Assembly (NCBI GenBank): GCA_017744315.1
Contig: JAGIBN010000013.1
Span: forward strand, 27,095-91,094
DNA length: 64,000 nt
Reading direction: 5' to 3'
Origin: Porphyrobacter sp.
Lineage (GTDB): Bacteria; Pseudomonadota; Alphaproteobacteria; Sphingomonadales; Sphingomonadaceae
In this document: piece by piece, positions 8,694 to 18,710 of the stretch
How positions within the stretch are numbered: the stretch's first letter is position 1
How the letters are laid out: each line of letters opens with the position of its first letter
The notes under the pieces: model-generated
Database searches by the model: none
The model's input: only the letters and a program-made list of their open reading frames with translations
Told to the model about the DNA's origin: nothing
Program-made: the position numbers and the translations under genes

Positions 8694-11183
8694 TTAGAAC
8701 TTGTATCCCAGGGTCACGCCGAACGTCCGCGGGGGCAGCCAGGTCGCGCCCAGCAGCCGGCCCGTCGCCAAGGCGAACGTGCTGCTCGGACGGAACACGT
8801 CGAACAGGTTCTTGACCCACAGTTGAGCGCGAATGTTGCCGTCGTTGGTCTCGTAGGCCAGCGATGCATCGACAATCGTGTAAGCCGCACTGCTTTCGAT
8901 CTCGCGCATGAACTCGCTGAAATAGGTGCGGCTCTTGTACGAGACGTCCACGCTCGGTGTGAACGTGCCGATCGAAGCGTCGATGTCGTATTCGCCATGA
9001 AGGTTCCACGACCAGCGCGGGGTATTGCGGGTGTCGTTTCCAGCGAGCTGGATCTCGCCCCCGCCCGGCGCGCCATAGGCGGTCGGATCGGGATTGGTCA
9101 CTGGATCATAAGGGGTTCCGCCTGCGATATTCACCGGGTTGAGCGGGTCGAGCGTCAGGTAGTCCACGAAGTGCGCGTCGGTGTAGGCAACCGCACCGCT
9201 GAGGAGCAACTTCGGCGCGGGACGCAAAGTGGCATCGAGCTCAAAGCCCGTGGCCCGGGTCTTCGCCGCGTTCTGAAAGATCGTGGTGTAACCGGTCGGA
9301 CCGCCCGCGATCGTCTTGTTCAGCTGAAGCCCGTCCAGCGTGTAAGTGTAACCGGCGAGATTGAGGGTCAGAACACGGCCGAAGCTGGTCTTGATGCCAA
9401 CCTCGTGATTGGTGATGGTCTCCGGGTCTACGATCGTAGAGCTTCCCGAAGCATTCTCGCCCGATCCGGCTTTGAAGCCTTCGGAGTAGGTGTAGTAGAC
9501 TAGGATGTCGCGGGTTGGCGCCCATTCGAGGCCCAGTTCAGGCGTGAAGTCGCGGAAGGTCTTTTCCGCATGGGTACTCGCCGCTGTATGGCGCAAAACC
9601 GGACCCAAGCCATTGTTCGTAATCACAATCGACGGGTTCTCGGACTCGACATGCTCCACACTCCAGCGCCCGCCGAGCTTCACCGTGAAGTCCTCGAGCG
9701 CTTCGTTGAACAGGCCGAGGCCAACTTCATACTGACCGAAGATCGAGAACGCTTCGGTGCTCAGGTTCGACCAGGTGCAAACGCGCTTGGGTGCGATCAC
9801 TGCGCTTCCGCCGGTCACGCCGTTGGGCGAAAAGCCGCACAGGGAATAGGCTTCGGCCAGATCGATGCCGGCCGCTTCCAGCACGGCGATATTCTGTTCC
9901 ATGCCGTTACGGTTGGTGAGGCCGACGTTGTCCCTGGGGCGCTGACGTTCGTTGAAATAGAACAGGCCTATCGTGCCGTTCACCCATTCGGATGTCAGGC
10001 CAAGGCGCAGCTCGTTGCTCCATTGTTCGCTGTCGATGCGGCGTTCCTGCACAGTCGTCGGCTTGCCGTTAGTCGGCAGGCTGTTGATCACCGCCGAGAG
10101 ATCGAGATCCTGAAACAGCGAACTCTTGAACGAACGGTAGTTGGCGACATTGGTGACTGTCAGTGCATCGTTGAGCGGCACATTCAGCGTACCGGTGAAG
10201 GAATAGGTCTCCGTCTCAGTGCCAGGGCTCGATTCCGTCGCCAGGTCGCGCGGTTTGGTCGCGTAGCCACCGACCCCGAGCGGGGCGAGACGGTCGACGC
10301 CCGGGAAGGATGCCCGGAGGTAGTGGATCGCACCCGATGCGTCGCTCTGTCGGAAGTATTCGCCTGATGCCAGGAACGTCGCGTCTCCGCCAAGGTCGAA
10401 CTCCAACTGCGCGCGAGCCATGCGGCGGTTGAGGTCGTCCACATCCTTGCCGGACACCGGGTTCTTTCCGAAGCCATCCCGATCCTCAGTCTTGAACGCA
10501 AACCTCGCGCGGATATCCTCCGTGATGGGGCCGCTGATCGCCGCTTCGGTGGTCAGCGCATTGTAGTTGCCGTAAGTTACGCGGCCATACCCTTCGAGCC
10601 AATCCGTCGGCTTTGCGGTGATCAGGTTGATCGATCCGCCCACCGCGTTGCGGCCATAAAGCGTGCCCTGAGGGCCGCGGAGAACCTCGATCCGTTCGAC
10701 GTCGAACAGCGAGGTGAGCTGCGCCTCTGCGCGGGCCACGTAGACACCATCGACATGGAAGGCGACGCCCGTGGAGCTGCCGGTGGTCGAGGTATTGGCG
10801 CCAACACCACGGATGAAGATTTTTGCCTGGTTGAAGTCGTTGCCAAAGTTCACCGACGGAACGATCGTCTGGAGATCGGCGATGTTGTTGACCTGGGCGC
10901 TGGCGATGCGATCCGCGCCGAGTGCGGTTAGCGCGGCGCCGACATCCTGCAACGACTGCTGGCGCTTTTGTGCGGTGACCATGATCACGTCGCCTTCGTC
11001 TGATAGCGCAGCTTCCATCGCAGCTTGGTAAGATTCCGCCGCAGCCTCGGCGGCTTCCTGGGCGTCGGCAGCCTTCTGAGCTTCGAGAGCCTCGTCATCG
11101 GCGGACTGCGCATGGGCTGGCAGAGCAAACGCACTCGTCGTTACAAGTAGGAATGCGGTGGCGGACGAAGCGGCCCTTTTCAT
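8694..11183 (-). CDS. TonB-dependent receptor
   Basis: Signal peptide, VTAQKRQQSLQDV, RIEVLRGPQGTLYGRN plug motif, C-terminal YKF. Confidence 0.95.
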   Translation of the reverse strand: MKRAASSATAFLLVTTSAFALPAHAQSADDEALEAQKAADAQEAAEAAAESYQAAMEAALSDEGDVIMVTAQKRQQSLQDVGAALTALGADRIASAQVNNIADLQTIVPSVNFGNDFNQAKIFIRGVGANTSTTGSSTGVAFHVDGVYVARAEAQLTSLFDVERIEVLRGPQGTLYGRNAVGGSINLITAKPTDWLEGYGRVTYGNYNALTTEAAISGPITEDIRARFAFKTEDRDGFGKNPVSGKDVDDLNRRMARAQLEFDLGGDATFLASGEYFRQSDASGAIHYLRASFPGVDRLAPLGVGGYATKPRDLATESSPGTETETYSFTGTLNVPLNDALTVTNVANYRSFKSSLFQDLDLSAVINSLPTNGKPTTVQERRIDSEQWSNELRLGLTSEWVNGTIGLFYFNERQRPRDNVGLTNRNGMEQNIAVLEAAGIDLAEAYSLCGFSPNGVTGGSAVIAPKRVCTWSNLSTEAFSIFGQYEVGLGLFNEALEDFTVKLGGRWSVEHVESENPSIVITNNGLGPVLRHTAASTHAEKTFRDFTPELGLEWAPTRDILVYYTYSEGFKAGSGENASGSSTIVDPETITNHEVGIKTSFGRVLTLNLAGYTYTLDGLQLNKTIAGGPTGYTTIFQNAAKTRATGFELDATLRPAPKLLLSGAVAYTDAHFVDYLTLDPLNPVNIAGGTPYDPVTNPDPTAYGAPGGGEIQLAGNDTRNTPRWSWNLHGEYDIDASIGTFTPSVDVSYKSRTYFSEFMREIESSAAYTIVDASLAYETNDGNIRAQLWVKNLFDVFRPSSTFALATGRLLGATWLPPRTFGVTLGYKF

Positions 11184-11470
11184 TATTCTTGGTTCCTCAT
11201 TTTAACAAAAGTTGCGCATGCGAAGACTGTTGGCTTTGCGTCCGGACGTCGCGGGTGTGGCTTGCACCGGCGTGCGCCATCTGTCGGGGCGGCGGGGCCG
11301 TCCCGAGGGGGTTCGGAGCTTTGGTGTGGTTTTCGCGCCGAGGGACCCTAGCCCGACGACACAGCTTCTCTCATCCGCAACATTCGCGCCTCCCTGCCCG
11401 TCTTGCCGGAAGGCGACAGGTTCCACGGCCGCGGGAACGGCTCAATAAGGATAGCTACGTAGCGGGGCGC

Positions 11471-12331
11471 TCAGGCAAAACGTCTGGCGCCGGCCACGCA
11501 GGCTACAACGATGAAAGTCGAGGAAATCATCGCCCATCCGATTGTTTCGTTTAGAAAGATCGCCGCCAGGACAAACCCGAAGAACGGCTGCAGCAACTGC
11601 AGCTGCCCCACGTTTGCGATCCCGCCGATGGCAAGGCCGCGGTACCAGAACATGAACCCCACCATCATGCTGAAGACCGAGACATAGGCGAGGCTGAGCC
11701 ACGCCGGCGCACCGATGCTGCGCCAGGTTTCGGGGAGATTGAGCAGGCCGATCGCAACCATGATCGGCAAGGACAGGATGAGAGCCCAGGATATGACTTG
11801 CCAACCGCCGAGCCGCCGGGAGAGGGCCGCGCCCTCCGCATAGCCCAGTCCGCACACCAGGATGGCTGCAATCATCAGCACGTTACCCAGGACCGTCCCA
11901 CCATCGCTACCGCACAAGGCGAAGCCCGCCACCGTCGCCGCTCCAATAGTCGAGAACAGCCAGAACGCCGGCTTGGGCCGCTCGCCGCCGCGCAGAACGC
12001 CGAAGATCGCCGTAGAGAGCGGCAGCAGGCCCACGAAGACAATCGAGTGGGCGGCCGAAATCTCCTGCAACGCCAGCGCCGTCAGCAAAGGAAAGCCGAC
12101 AACCACGCCGAGCGCGATCAAGCTCAACGAAAGTACGTCGCGACGCGCTGGCCACTGCTGGCGCAACAAGAACAGACACGCAGCGCCGAGCAAGGCCGCA
12201 ATCACGGCGCGCGCAGAGGTCAGAAACATCGGCGACATATCCGCCACCGCCAGACGCGTCGCGGGGAGCGATCCGCTGAATATGATTACACCCAGGAGTC
12301 CGTTGCCCCAGCCCGCAGTCGATCGTTCCAT
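11471..12331 (-). CDS. EamA/DMT family transporter
   Basis: ~10 TM helices, GQLQLLQPFFG; divergent from a MocR regulator. Confidence 0.9.
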   Translation of the reverse strand: MERSTAGWGNGLLGVIIFSGSLPATRLAVADMSPMFLTSARAVIAALLGAACLFLLRQQWPARRDVLSLSLIALGVVVGFPLLTALALQEISAAHSIVFVGLLPLSTAIFGVLRGGERPKPAFWLFSTIGAATVAGFALCGSDGGTVLGNVLMIAAILVCGLGYAEGAALSRRLGGWQVISWALILSLPIMVAIGLLNLPETWRSIGAPAWLSLAYVSVFSMMVGFMFWYRGLAIGGIANVGQLQLLQPFFGFVLAAIFLNETIGWAMISSTFIVVACVAGARRFA

Positions 12332-12405
12332 GACGCTACCTTTCCCGGGCGCCGTAGCGACCGGGGTTGGCTCTCGACAGGAACAGTGGAATACAATTTC
12401 AGCAA

Positions 12406-12433
12406 ACTGTATGGGTATACGAATCCATACAGT
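12406..12433. promoter_or_regulatory. Putative MocR operator (inverted repeat)
   Basis: ACTGTATGG-N10-CCATACAGT perfect 9-bp arms between the divergent DMT and MocR genes. Confidence 0.7.
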
Positions 12434-12454
12434 GTGACGCAGAGATTGAAGCCC

Positions 12455-13840
12455 ATGACCCGAACCGAGACGGTAATGACGGCGATCACCGACAAGATCG
12501 CCAACCGGGCTCTCAGTCCCGGTGACCGCCTGCCTTCGATCCGTTTGTTCGCAGACACGATGGGCGTTTCGCCCTCCACCGTCGTCGAGGCCTACGACCG
12601 GCTCGAAGCCGAAGGCCTGATCCGCTCGCGTCGAGGGTCGGGCTTCTATGTGACCGGCGCCAACCTGCCGCCGATGGCCCTCGCCGACATGGCCCCGCTA
12701 CGAGAGCGGGACATCGATCCGTTCTGGGTGTCGCGGCAATCGCTCGATTCCGACGCCAGTTACCTCAAGCCCGGATGTGGGTGGCTGCCGGCAGACTGGA
12801 TGCCGAACGCCGCAATCCGAAGAGGACTGCGAGCCCTGGCCCGGGCGGACGACCATCTGCTGTCAGACTATGGCGGCACGCGCGGATCGTTCGCGCTACG
12901 CCGGTTGCTGCTGAGCCGCCTCGCCGACGACGGGATCAGCGCCACCGCGGACCAGATCATGCTCACGTCATCGGGCACCCAGGCCATCGACCTGATCTGC
13001 CGCCTTCTTCTGCGTCCGGGCGACGTCGTGCTGGTGGACGACCCATGCTATTTCAACTTTCAGACCTTGTTGCGGGCCCATCAAGTCCGGATCGTCGGCG
13101 TTCCCTATACGCCCACAGGTCCAGACACGATTGCGTTCGAGCGGGCCCTGATTGACGAGAAACCGCGGCTCTACATCACCAACTCAGCCCTCCATAATCC
13201 GACCGGCGCCACTCTTTCCCCGCAAACCGCCCATCGCGTCCTGAGCCTGGCGACGACCCATGGCCTGACCATCGTGGAAGACGAGATCTTCGCGGACTTC
13301 GAGCCCGACTTATCGCCACGCCTCGCCATTCTCGATGGCCTAGATCGGGTCATCCGCATCGGCAGCTTCTCCAAGACGCTCTCGGCCTCGATCCGTTGCG
13401 GCTATGTCATCGCTCGACCGGACTGGATCGAAGGACTGATCGATCTCCAGATCGCCACCAGCTTTGCCGGCCCTGGTCAGGTGGTGACCGAGCTCATCGC
13501 CGGGGTCCTGGCAGGCGGGAGCTACCGCAAGCACATGGACGAAGTACGGCAACGCCTGGCGCGAGCGCGGCAGAAGGCGATCGACCGCCTGGAGCCGCTG
13601 GGTCTCTCCCCGTGGATCGTTCCCCGAGGAGGCTTCTACCTTTGGTGCCAATTGCCCGAAGATCACGACTGCATGGCCCTGACGCGGCGCTGTATGGACG
13701 AGAAGGTGATCCTTACGCCCGGGAACGTGTTCAGCGTCTCACAATCGGCTACCTCGTTCCTTCGCTTCAACGTCACCCACCTTGACGATCCGCGGGTGTT
13801 CTCGGTTCTGGAGCGCGCGATGAGGCAAACCGGCCCATGA
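12455..13840 (+). CDS. MocR-family GntR regulator with PLP-aminotransferase domain
   Basis: LPSIR...VSPSTVVEAYDRL wHTH + HNPTG, GSFSKTL; start MTRTETV (ATG 12455). Confidence 0.92.
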   Translation: MTRTETVMTAITDKIANRALSPGDRLPSIRLFADTMGVSPSTVVEAYDRLEAEGLIRSRRGSGFYVTGANLPPMALADMAPLRERDIDPFWVSRQSLDSDASYLKPGCGWLPADWMPNAAIRRGLRALARADDHLLSDYGGTRGSFALRRLLLSRLADDGISATADQIMLTSSGTQAIDLICRLLLRPGDVVLVDDPCYFNFQTLLRAHQVRIVGVPYTPTGPDTIAFERALIDEKPRLYITNSALHNPTGATLSPQTAHRVLSLATTHGLTIVEDEIFADFEPDLSPRLAILDGLDRVIRIGSFSKTLSASIRCGYVIARPDWIEGLIDLQIATSFAGPGQVVTELIAGVLAGGSYRKHMDEVRQRLARARQKAIDRLEPLGLSPWIVPRGGFYLWCQLPEDHDCMALTRRCMDEKVILTPGNVFSVSQSATSFLRFNVTHLDDPRVFSVLERAMRQTGP

Positions 13841-14328
13841 CCCGCAAGTCCTCCTTCCCCCCGGTCGTCGCGCCCGACACTCGCGTGCTCGTTCTCGGCA
13901 GCTTGCCGGGTGAGAGGTCGCTGGCCGTCGGCCGCTACTATGCCCATCCTCAGAACCGCTTCTGGCACCTGATCGGCAAAGTCATCGGCAGTCCGCTTGC
14001 GTCGCTCGACTATGAAGACCGCCTAGCGGCCCTGCTGCGCGCCAGGGTTGGGCTATGGGATACCGTCGCCACCGCCCTCCGCCCGGGCAGCCTCGACGCC
14101 TCGATCCGCGAGGCAGAGCCTACTGCCCTGCGCGAACTGACCGCGTCGTTACCCGATCTCCGCGCGGTCGGGTTCAATGGCAAGACCTCTGCCAAGATCG
14201 GCATGCCTCAGCTCACTGGGACCGGCCTCGCGCTGATCCCGCTACCCTCTTCAAGCCCGGCCCACGCCTCGATGCCGCTTGCCGAGAAGGAAAAGCTGTG
14301 GAGCGCATTAGGCGAATTTCTCTGTTGA
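13837..14328 (+). CDS. DNA-deoxyinosine (hypoxanthine) glycosylase, UDG superfamily
   Basis: LGSLPGERSL, YYAHPQNRFW, LPSSSPA motifs. Confidence 0.85.
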   Translation: MTRKSSFPPVVAPDTRVLVLGSLPGERSLAVGRYYAHPQNRFWHLIGKVIGSPLASLDYEDRLAALLRARVGLWDTVATALRPGSLDASIREAEPTALRELTASLPDLRAVGFNGKTSAKIGMPQLTGTGLALIPLPSSSPAHASMPLAEKEKLWSALGEFLC

Positions 14329-14367
14329 GGCTTGCCTCTGCGGAGCGCTCGCCCCATTGAAAGGGGC

Positions 14368-14529
14368 ATGACCAAGCGTCTCAATTCTGGCCACGCTGCC
14401 ATTGCCGGAGCGATCGGGTCGGCTGCCGTTGCCGCCGCCCTGCTCTACGTCAACCGCCGCAAGGAAAAGGCCAAGCAGGCTCAGAAAGCTCCCACGATCC
14501 CCAGCGGCGAGCCGCCGGAGACCGACTGA
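14368..14529 (+). CDS. Small single-TM protein coupled to leuD
   Basis: 53 aa, [19 protein letters not shown] hydrophobic segment; TGATG overlap with leuD. Confidence 0.6.
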   Translation: MTKRLNSGHAAIAGAIGSAAVAAALLYVNRRKEKAKQAQKAPTIPSGEPPETD

Positions 14530-15131
14530 TGGAAGCCGTTCGTGAAGTCACTGGCCGAGCGGTTCCGTTCGGTCGCAAGAATATCGACACCGACCTGATC
14601 ATCCCTGCCCGCTGGCTCAAGACAGTCAGCCGCGAGGGCCTGGGCCGCGGCGCGTTCGAAGCCGTGCGCGAAGATCCGGACAACGTGTTCGACAAGCCCG
14701 AGTTCGCCCGTGCGCCGATCATCGTCGCCGGCGACAACTTCGGCTGCGGATCGAGCCGCGAGCACGCCGCCTGGGCTTTGCTCGACATGGGCGTGAAGGC
14801 CGTCATCGCGCCGAGTTTTTCGGACATCTTTTCCGGCAACGCGTTCAAGAACGGCATCCTGACCGTCGTTCTGCCGCAGGACCAGGTAGACCGCCTGCTC
14901 GAAGTGGCCGAGAGCGATCCGATCACGATCGACCTTGAACACCAGACGGTGACCACCCCGTTCCAGGACCGCTTCACGTTCGAGATCGATCCGTTCCGCA
15001 AGCATTGCCTGGTGAACGGGCTCGACGAAGTGGGTCTGACGCTCGCTCGCGATGCCGCGATCGCCGATTACGAAACCCGCATGAAGGCAGAAAAGCCCTG
15101 GCTCGCCCGTGGGACCGGGCTTGCGGCCTGA
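14529..15131 (+). CDS. leuD: 3-isopropylmalate dehydratase small subunit
   Basis: [21 protein letters not shown]. Confidence 0.97.
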   Translation: MEAVREVTGRAVPFGRKNIDTDLIIPARWLKTVSREGLGRGAFEAVREDPDNVFDKPEFARAPIIVAGDNFGCGSSREHAAWALLDMGVKAVIAPSFSDIFSGNAFKNGILTVVLPQDQVDRLLEVAESDPITIDLEHQTVTTPFQDRFTFEIDPFRKHCLVNGLDEVGLTLARDAAIADYETRMKAEKPWLARGTGLAA

Positions 15132-15181
15132 TACGGCGCGGCGCTATTTGCCTTCGGCAGCTTTTTTGAGGGAATCCTGAC

Positions 15182-15505
15182 ATGACCGACTTCAACGATC
15201 GCGAACGGGCGGAAGAAGCCAAGTTCGCGATGGACGCGACGACGGCCTTTCGTGTGGCCGCACGGCGCAACCGGCTGCTTGGCCATTGGGCGGCCGAGAA
15301 GATGAGCCTGACCAGCGAAGAGACCGAAGCTTATGCCAAGGCCGTGGTGCAGGCGGACTTCGAAGAAGCGGGGGACGAGGACGTGATCCGCAAGGTGCTC
15401 GGTGACCTCACCGCCGCGGGCGTCGACGTTGACGAAACCGCCGTGCGCGTGGCGCTCGAGGAAAAGTCGGTCGAGGCCAAGCGCCAGCTGATGAGCGAGT
15501 CCTGA
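15182..15505 (+). CDS. DUF1476 family (F1Fo-ATPase inhibitor zeta subunit-like)
   Basis: MTDFNDRERAEEAKF...ARRNRLLGHWAAEK, VVQADFEEAGDEDV. Confidence 0.85.
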   Translation: MTDFNDRERAEEAKFAMDATTAFRVAARRNRLLGHWAAEKMSLTSEETEAYAKAVVQADFEEAGDEDVIRKVLGDLTAAGVDVDETAVRVALEEKSVEAKRQLMSES

Positions 15506-15515
15506 GGACACCACC

Positions 15516-15749
15516 ATGGCGATGCCGGCAGCGGAAATCGAAGCTTTGATCAGGGCAGCACTGCCCGATGCGACGGTGGTCATCGAAGACCTCGCGGGCG
15601 ATGGTGACCACTACAAGGCCCACGTCAGCTCGGCCGCCTTTTCCGGCAAGAGCCGCATCCAGCAGCACAAGATGGTCTACGAGGCGCTTGGTGGACGGAT
15701 GGGCGGGGAACTCCATGCCTTGCAACTGACCACTTCGGTTCCCAACTGA
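15516..15749 (+). CDS. bolA: BolA family protein
   Basis: GDGDHY, SRIQQHKMVY, LHALQL. Confidence 0.9.
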   Translation: MAMPAAEIEALIRAALPDATVVIEDLAGDGDHYKAHVSSAAFSGKSRIQQHKMVYEALGGRMGGELHALQLTTSVPN

Positions 15750-15784
15750 CTTCCATACTCACTTCATCAGATCAGGCCTGCAAC

Positions 15785-16114
15785 ATGTCCGATACCAACG
15801 AGCGTCTCTCCAAGATCGTCGGCGACAACGATGTCGTCCTGTTCATGAAGGGCACGCCCCTGTTCCCGCAGTGCGGGTTCTCCAGCCGTGCAGTCGCAAT
15901 CCTCGACCATTGCGGCATCGCTTATGAAAGCGTGGACGTGCTGCAGGACATGGAAATCCGCCAGGGCATCAAGGCCTTCTCCGACTGGCCGACCATCCCG
16001 CAGCTCTATGTCAAAGGCGAATTCGTCGGCGGCAGCGACATCATGATGGAAATGTACCAGGCGGGCGAGCTCCAGCAGCTGCTCGACGAAGCCCAGGTCG
16101 CGAAGGCGAACTGA
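15785..16114 (+). CDS. grxD: Monothiol glutaredoxin Grx4
   Basis: FMKGTPLFPQCGFS, WPTIPQLY, GGSDI. Confidence 0.95.
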   Translation: MSDTNERLSKIVGDNDVVLFMKGTPLFPQCGFSSRAVAILDHCGIAYESVDVLQDMEIRQGIKAFSDWPTIPQLYVKGEFVGGSDIMMEMYQAGELQQLLDEAQVAKAN

Positions 16115-16135
16115 TTCCTCTGTCGATTAACCGGT

Positions 16136-16156
16136 GGCTGCCTAGTTTAGGCAGCC
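16136..16156 (+). terminator. Hairpin after grxD, probable terminator
   Basis: GGCTGCCTA-GTT-TAGGCAGCC perfect 9-bp stem. Confidence 0.55.
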
Positions 16157-16265
16157 GCAAAATGCCGGTCTTTGTCGTACTTTAGCGTGCATTCAACCCG
16201 TCGCTTGGAAACCCTTTCGCGCAGCCATCGTTTTTCGAACGGGAGGCAAGCTGAGAAGGTTGCCA

Positions 16266-17147
16266 ATGCGAAAAACTATCACCTTGGCTGTCGCGGGCGC
16301 GATGGCTCTCGTCACTAGCCCTGCATTCGCCCAGGCGTCGGGGCAGCAAACCACGTACCAGCAGGATCCCTTCGGGGCCATTTTCGGCGCCCTGTTCGGC
16401 GATCGTCTGGGCCAAACTTCATCGATCGAAGCGCAGTGGGCCGCGGGACGGACACCACTGGCGAACCAGCGGACCCAATTCGAAACTCGCGTCGATGGAG
16501 AGGTCCAGAAAGGCGCGGTTAGCCAGCAAACGGGTGTGCGGCTGAAGTCCGATTATGCATCGCTCGTGCAGCTCGAAAATCGCTACGGCGCGGATCGACG
16601 TTTCACGTCAAAGGAACGGTCCGACCTGGCCGACCGCTACGGCGCCCTCACCCAAGTTTTGGCAGTGGGCGGCTACGATGACGGACAGACCGTCCAAACC
16701 GCCTCCATTGCCGACGGTCGGGCCGACTTCGAGCGCCGAGTAGACAGTGCAGTCTATGATCGCCGGGTAAGCCGCACTCAAGGCAGCCGCCTCAAGACCG
16801 ACTACGTCGCACTGATCCGCGTGGAGCAGGGGTATCTGCAGGATGGCGTGATCAGCGCCAACGAACGCGCCGATCTCGATTCACGGCTCGATGCCCTCGA
16901 TGCACGGGTTGGCGATACCGGCTATGGCGTCGCGACGCTCACCCCCCGCCAGCGCCTGGACGCGATCGGACGCACGCTACCATCCAGTTCGCTGTCGACG
17001 ACTGCGCAGGCGCAACTGCAGGTTGAGTATCAGGACCTTTCCCATCTGGAAGCGGCCTATGCCCGGACAAGCCCATCTTCCCAGGACCAGGCCTATCTCG
17101 ACCAGCGCCTGACGGATCTGGAGTCTCGTCTGCTAGCGCGTCGCTAG
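16266..17147 (+). CDS. Secreted helical-repeat hypothetical protein
   Basis: Signal peptide ending PAFAQ; internal repeats FE.RVD..V....S...G.RLK.DY..L...E..Y. Confidence 0.75.
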   Translation: MRKTITLAVAGAMALVTSPAFAQASGQQTTYQQDPFGAIFGALFGDRLGQTSSIEAQWAAGRTPLANQRTQFETRVDGEVQKGAVSQQTGVRLKSDYASLVQLENRYGADRRFTSKERSDLADRYGALTQVLAVGGYDDGQTVQTASIADGRADFERRVDSAVYDRRVSRTQGSRLKTDYVALIRVEQGYLQDGVISANERADLDSRLDALDARVGDTGYGVATLTPRQRLDAIGRTLPSSSLSTTAQAQLQVEYQDLSHLEAAYARTSPSSQDQAYLDQRLTDLESRLLARR

Positions 17148-17502
17148 GATCGAGGTCGTTCTTTTGGAGAGATCTTCGGGGAGGCGGAGCCGGGAGACCG
17201 GTGGGGACCAATTGGCGGCCCCGCCTCGTTCGAAGACTTGGTTGGGTAACAGATACTTTGCACGCGCCGTGCCAGTCTCATGAAGCCCAGCTTCTCTGCG
17301 AGTTTCAATGGTTAACGAGAAATGGAACTCGCCCCGACCTGTCAAGAATTCCGACAAGAAAGGGTGACTGGCGCGTTAGGATTTGCCTGCCTAAACTCCG
17401 GCAAGGCTCGCCGTTCGGGAGAAGTGCTTTGGTGAAAGATAACTGGACGAGCGGGGCCACCGCGGCGGACACGGCAGAGATGACAGTTGAGGCGGCAAGC
17501 GC

Positions 17503-18636
17503 GTGAAGGTCGATTTGTGGCGCAAGCCTGTCCTTGACTGGGCGGTCAACAACCTGATCGAAATCGCCATCGCGCTAGCGATCGCGGCGGCGGTCGTCGC
17601 CCTGCTTTATGGCGTGAAGGCGCTCGTCCTGCGCGCAGTCAAGAAGCTCGGCGCGCAGAACGGGCTGACCGAAGTCTTCTCCAGCGTCGTACGCAAGACG
17701 CGGCTGTGGTTCCTGATCGCGGTCGCCCTGCGGATGGTTCAGGGGTACCTTCATCCGCCCGAAGATGTCTCCAAGACCATCGTATTCCTCTTCACCGTCG
17801 CCGTTGCCCTGCAAGTGGCGAGCTGGGCCCGCGCCCTGATCCTCGGAGTCATTACCCACCGGACGAGAAACCTCGATGGCGATCCGAACAGCATGGCCAG
17901 CGCCATGGGGATCATCCGCCTGCTGGTCTCGGTCGTGGTCTTCGCAATCGCGATCATCGTGATCCTCGACAACCTGGGCGCAAACGTGACCGGCCTTGTC
18001 GCGGGCCTCGGCATTGGCGGTATCGCCATCGGCCTTGCGGCGCAGGGCATCTTCTCGGACCTCTTCGCCGCGCTTTCGATCATCTTCGACAAGCCCTTCT
18101 GCGTCGGCGAGACGATCACCTACCAAGGGAAGGAGGGCCCGGTCACCGGCGTGGTCCAGCGCATCGGGCTCAAGTCGACGCGCATCCGCTCCCTCTCAGG
18201 CGACATGCGGATCATCGGGAACACGCAGCTTTTGGCGCAAGAGGTGACCAACTTCAGCGGGCGCGAGATGTTTCGTTTTCAACTGCCGATCGGCGTGATC
18301 CACCAGACCCCTCACGACGATCTGCAAGCGATCCCGTCCTTGCTTCAGGCCGAAGTCGATCGCCTCGGCCACCGCTTCGTTCGCGCTGGACTGCGGGCCT
18401 TCGGGCAAAGCTCGATTGACTACGACTTCATCTTCGAAGTGACGACAAGCGATGTCCTTGAAGCTCATGCGGGATTGCAGGACGTTGCGCTGGCGGTGCT
18501 GGCCGTGTTCCGGAAGCGCGGGATCCGCTTCGCCTATCCGACCCAGACGAGCTTCACCGCTGCGCCTGACGGAGCCCTGGTCATGCCCTATCCGGATGTG
18601 ATGCCGGTCATGCACCACGAACAGGTCGAAAGCTGA
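17503..18636 (+). CDS. MscS family mechanosensitive channel
   Basis: LVAGLGIGGIAIGLAAQG, DKPFCVGE, IGLKSTRIR. Confidence 0.9.
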   Translation: MKVDLWRKPVLDWAVNNLIEIAIALAIAAAVVALLYGVKALVLRAVKKLGAQNGLTEVFSSVVRKTRLWFLIAVALRMVQGYLHPPEDVSKTIVFLFTVAVALQVASWARALILGVITHRTRNLDGDPNSMASAMGIIRLLVSVVVFAIAIIVILDNLGANVTGLVAGLGIGGIAIGLAAQGIFSDLFAALSIIFDKPFCVGETITYQGKEGPVTGVVQRIGLKSTRIRSLSGDMRIIGNTQLLAQEVTNFSGREMFRFQLPIGVIHQTPHDDLQAIPSLLQAEVDRLGHRFVRAGLRAFGQSSIDYDFIFEVTTSDVLEAHAGLQDVALAVLAVFRKRGIRFAYPTQTSFTAAPDGALVMPYPDVMPVMHHEQVES

Positions 18637-18710
18637 TTCCAGCGCTATTGCAAAGACTGGCCCCCGACCGCGGCGAACGCTAGAGGCACCCCCGCTGGAC
18701 AGCCTCCGAC

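Noticed and set aside
11184-11470. Riboswitch or sigma-54 promoter upstream of the first TBDR
   Set aside because: No cobalamin or TPP consensus recognised; TGGCGCACGCCGGTGC has 11-nt rather than 10-nt spacing.
11798-12454. N-terminal 219-aa extension of the MocR ORF
   Set aside because: Overlaps the DMT gene antisense; the wHTH begins at ATG 12455.
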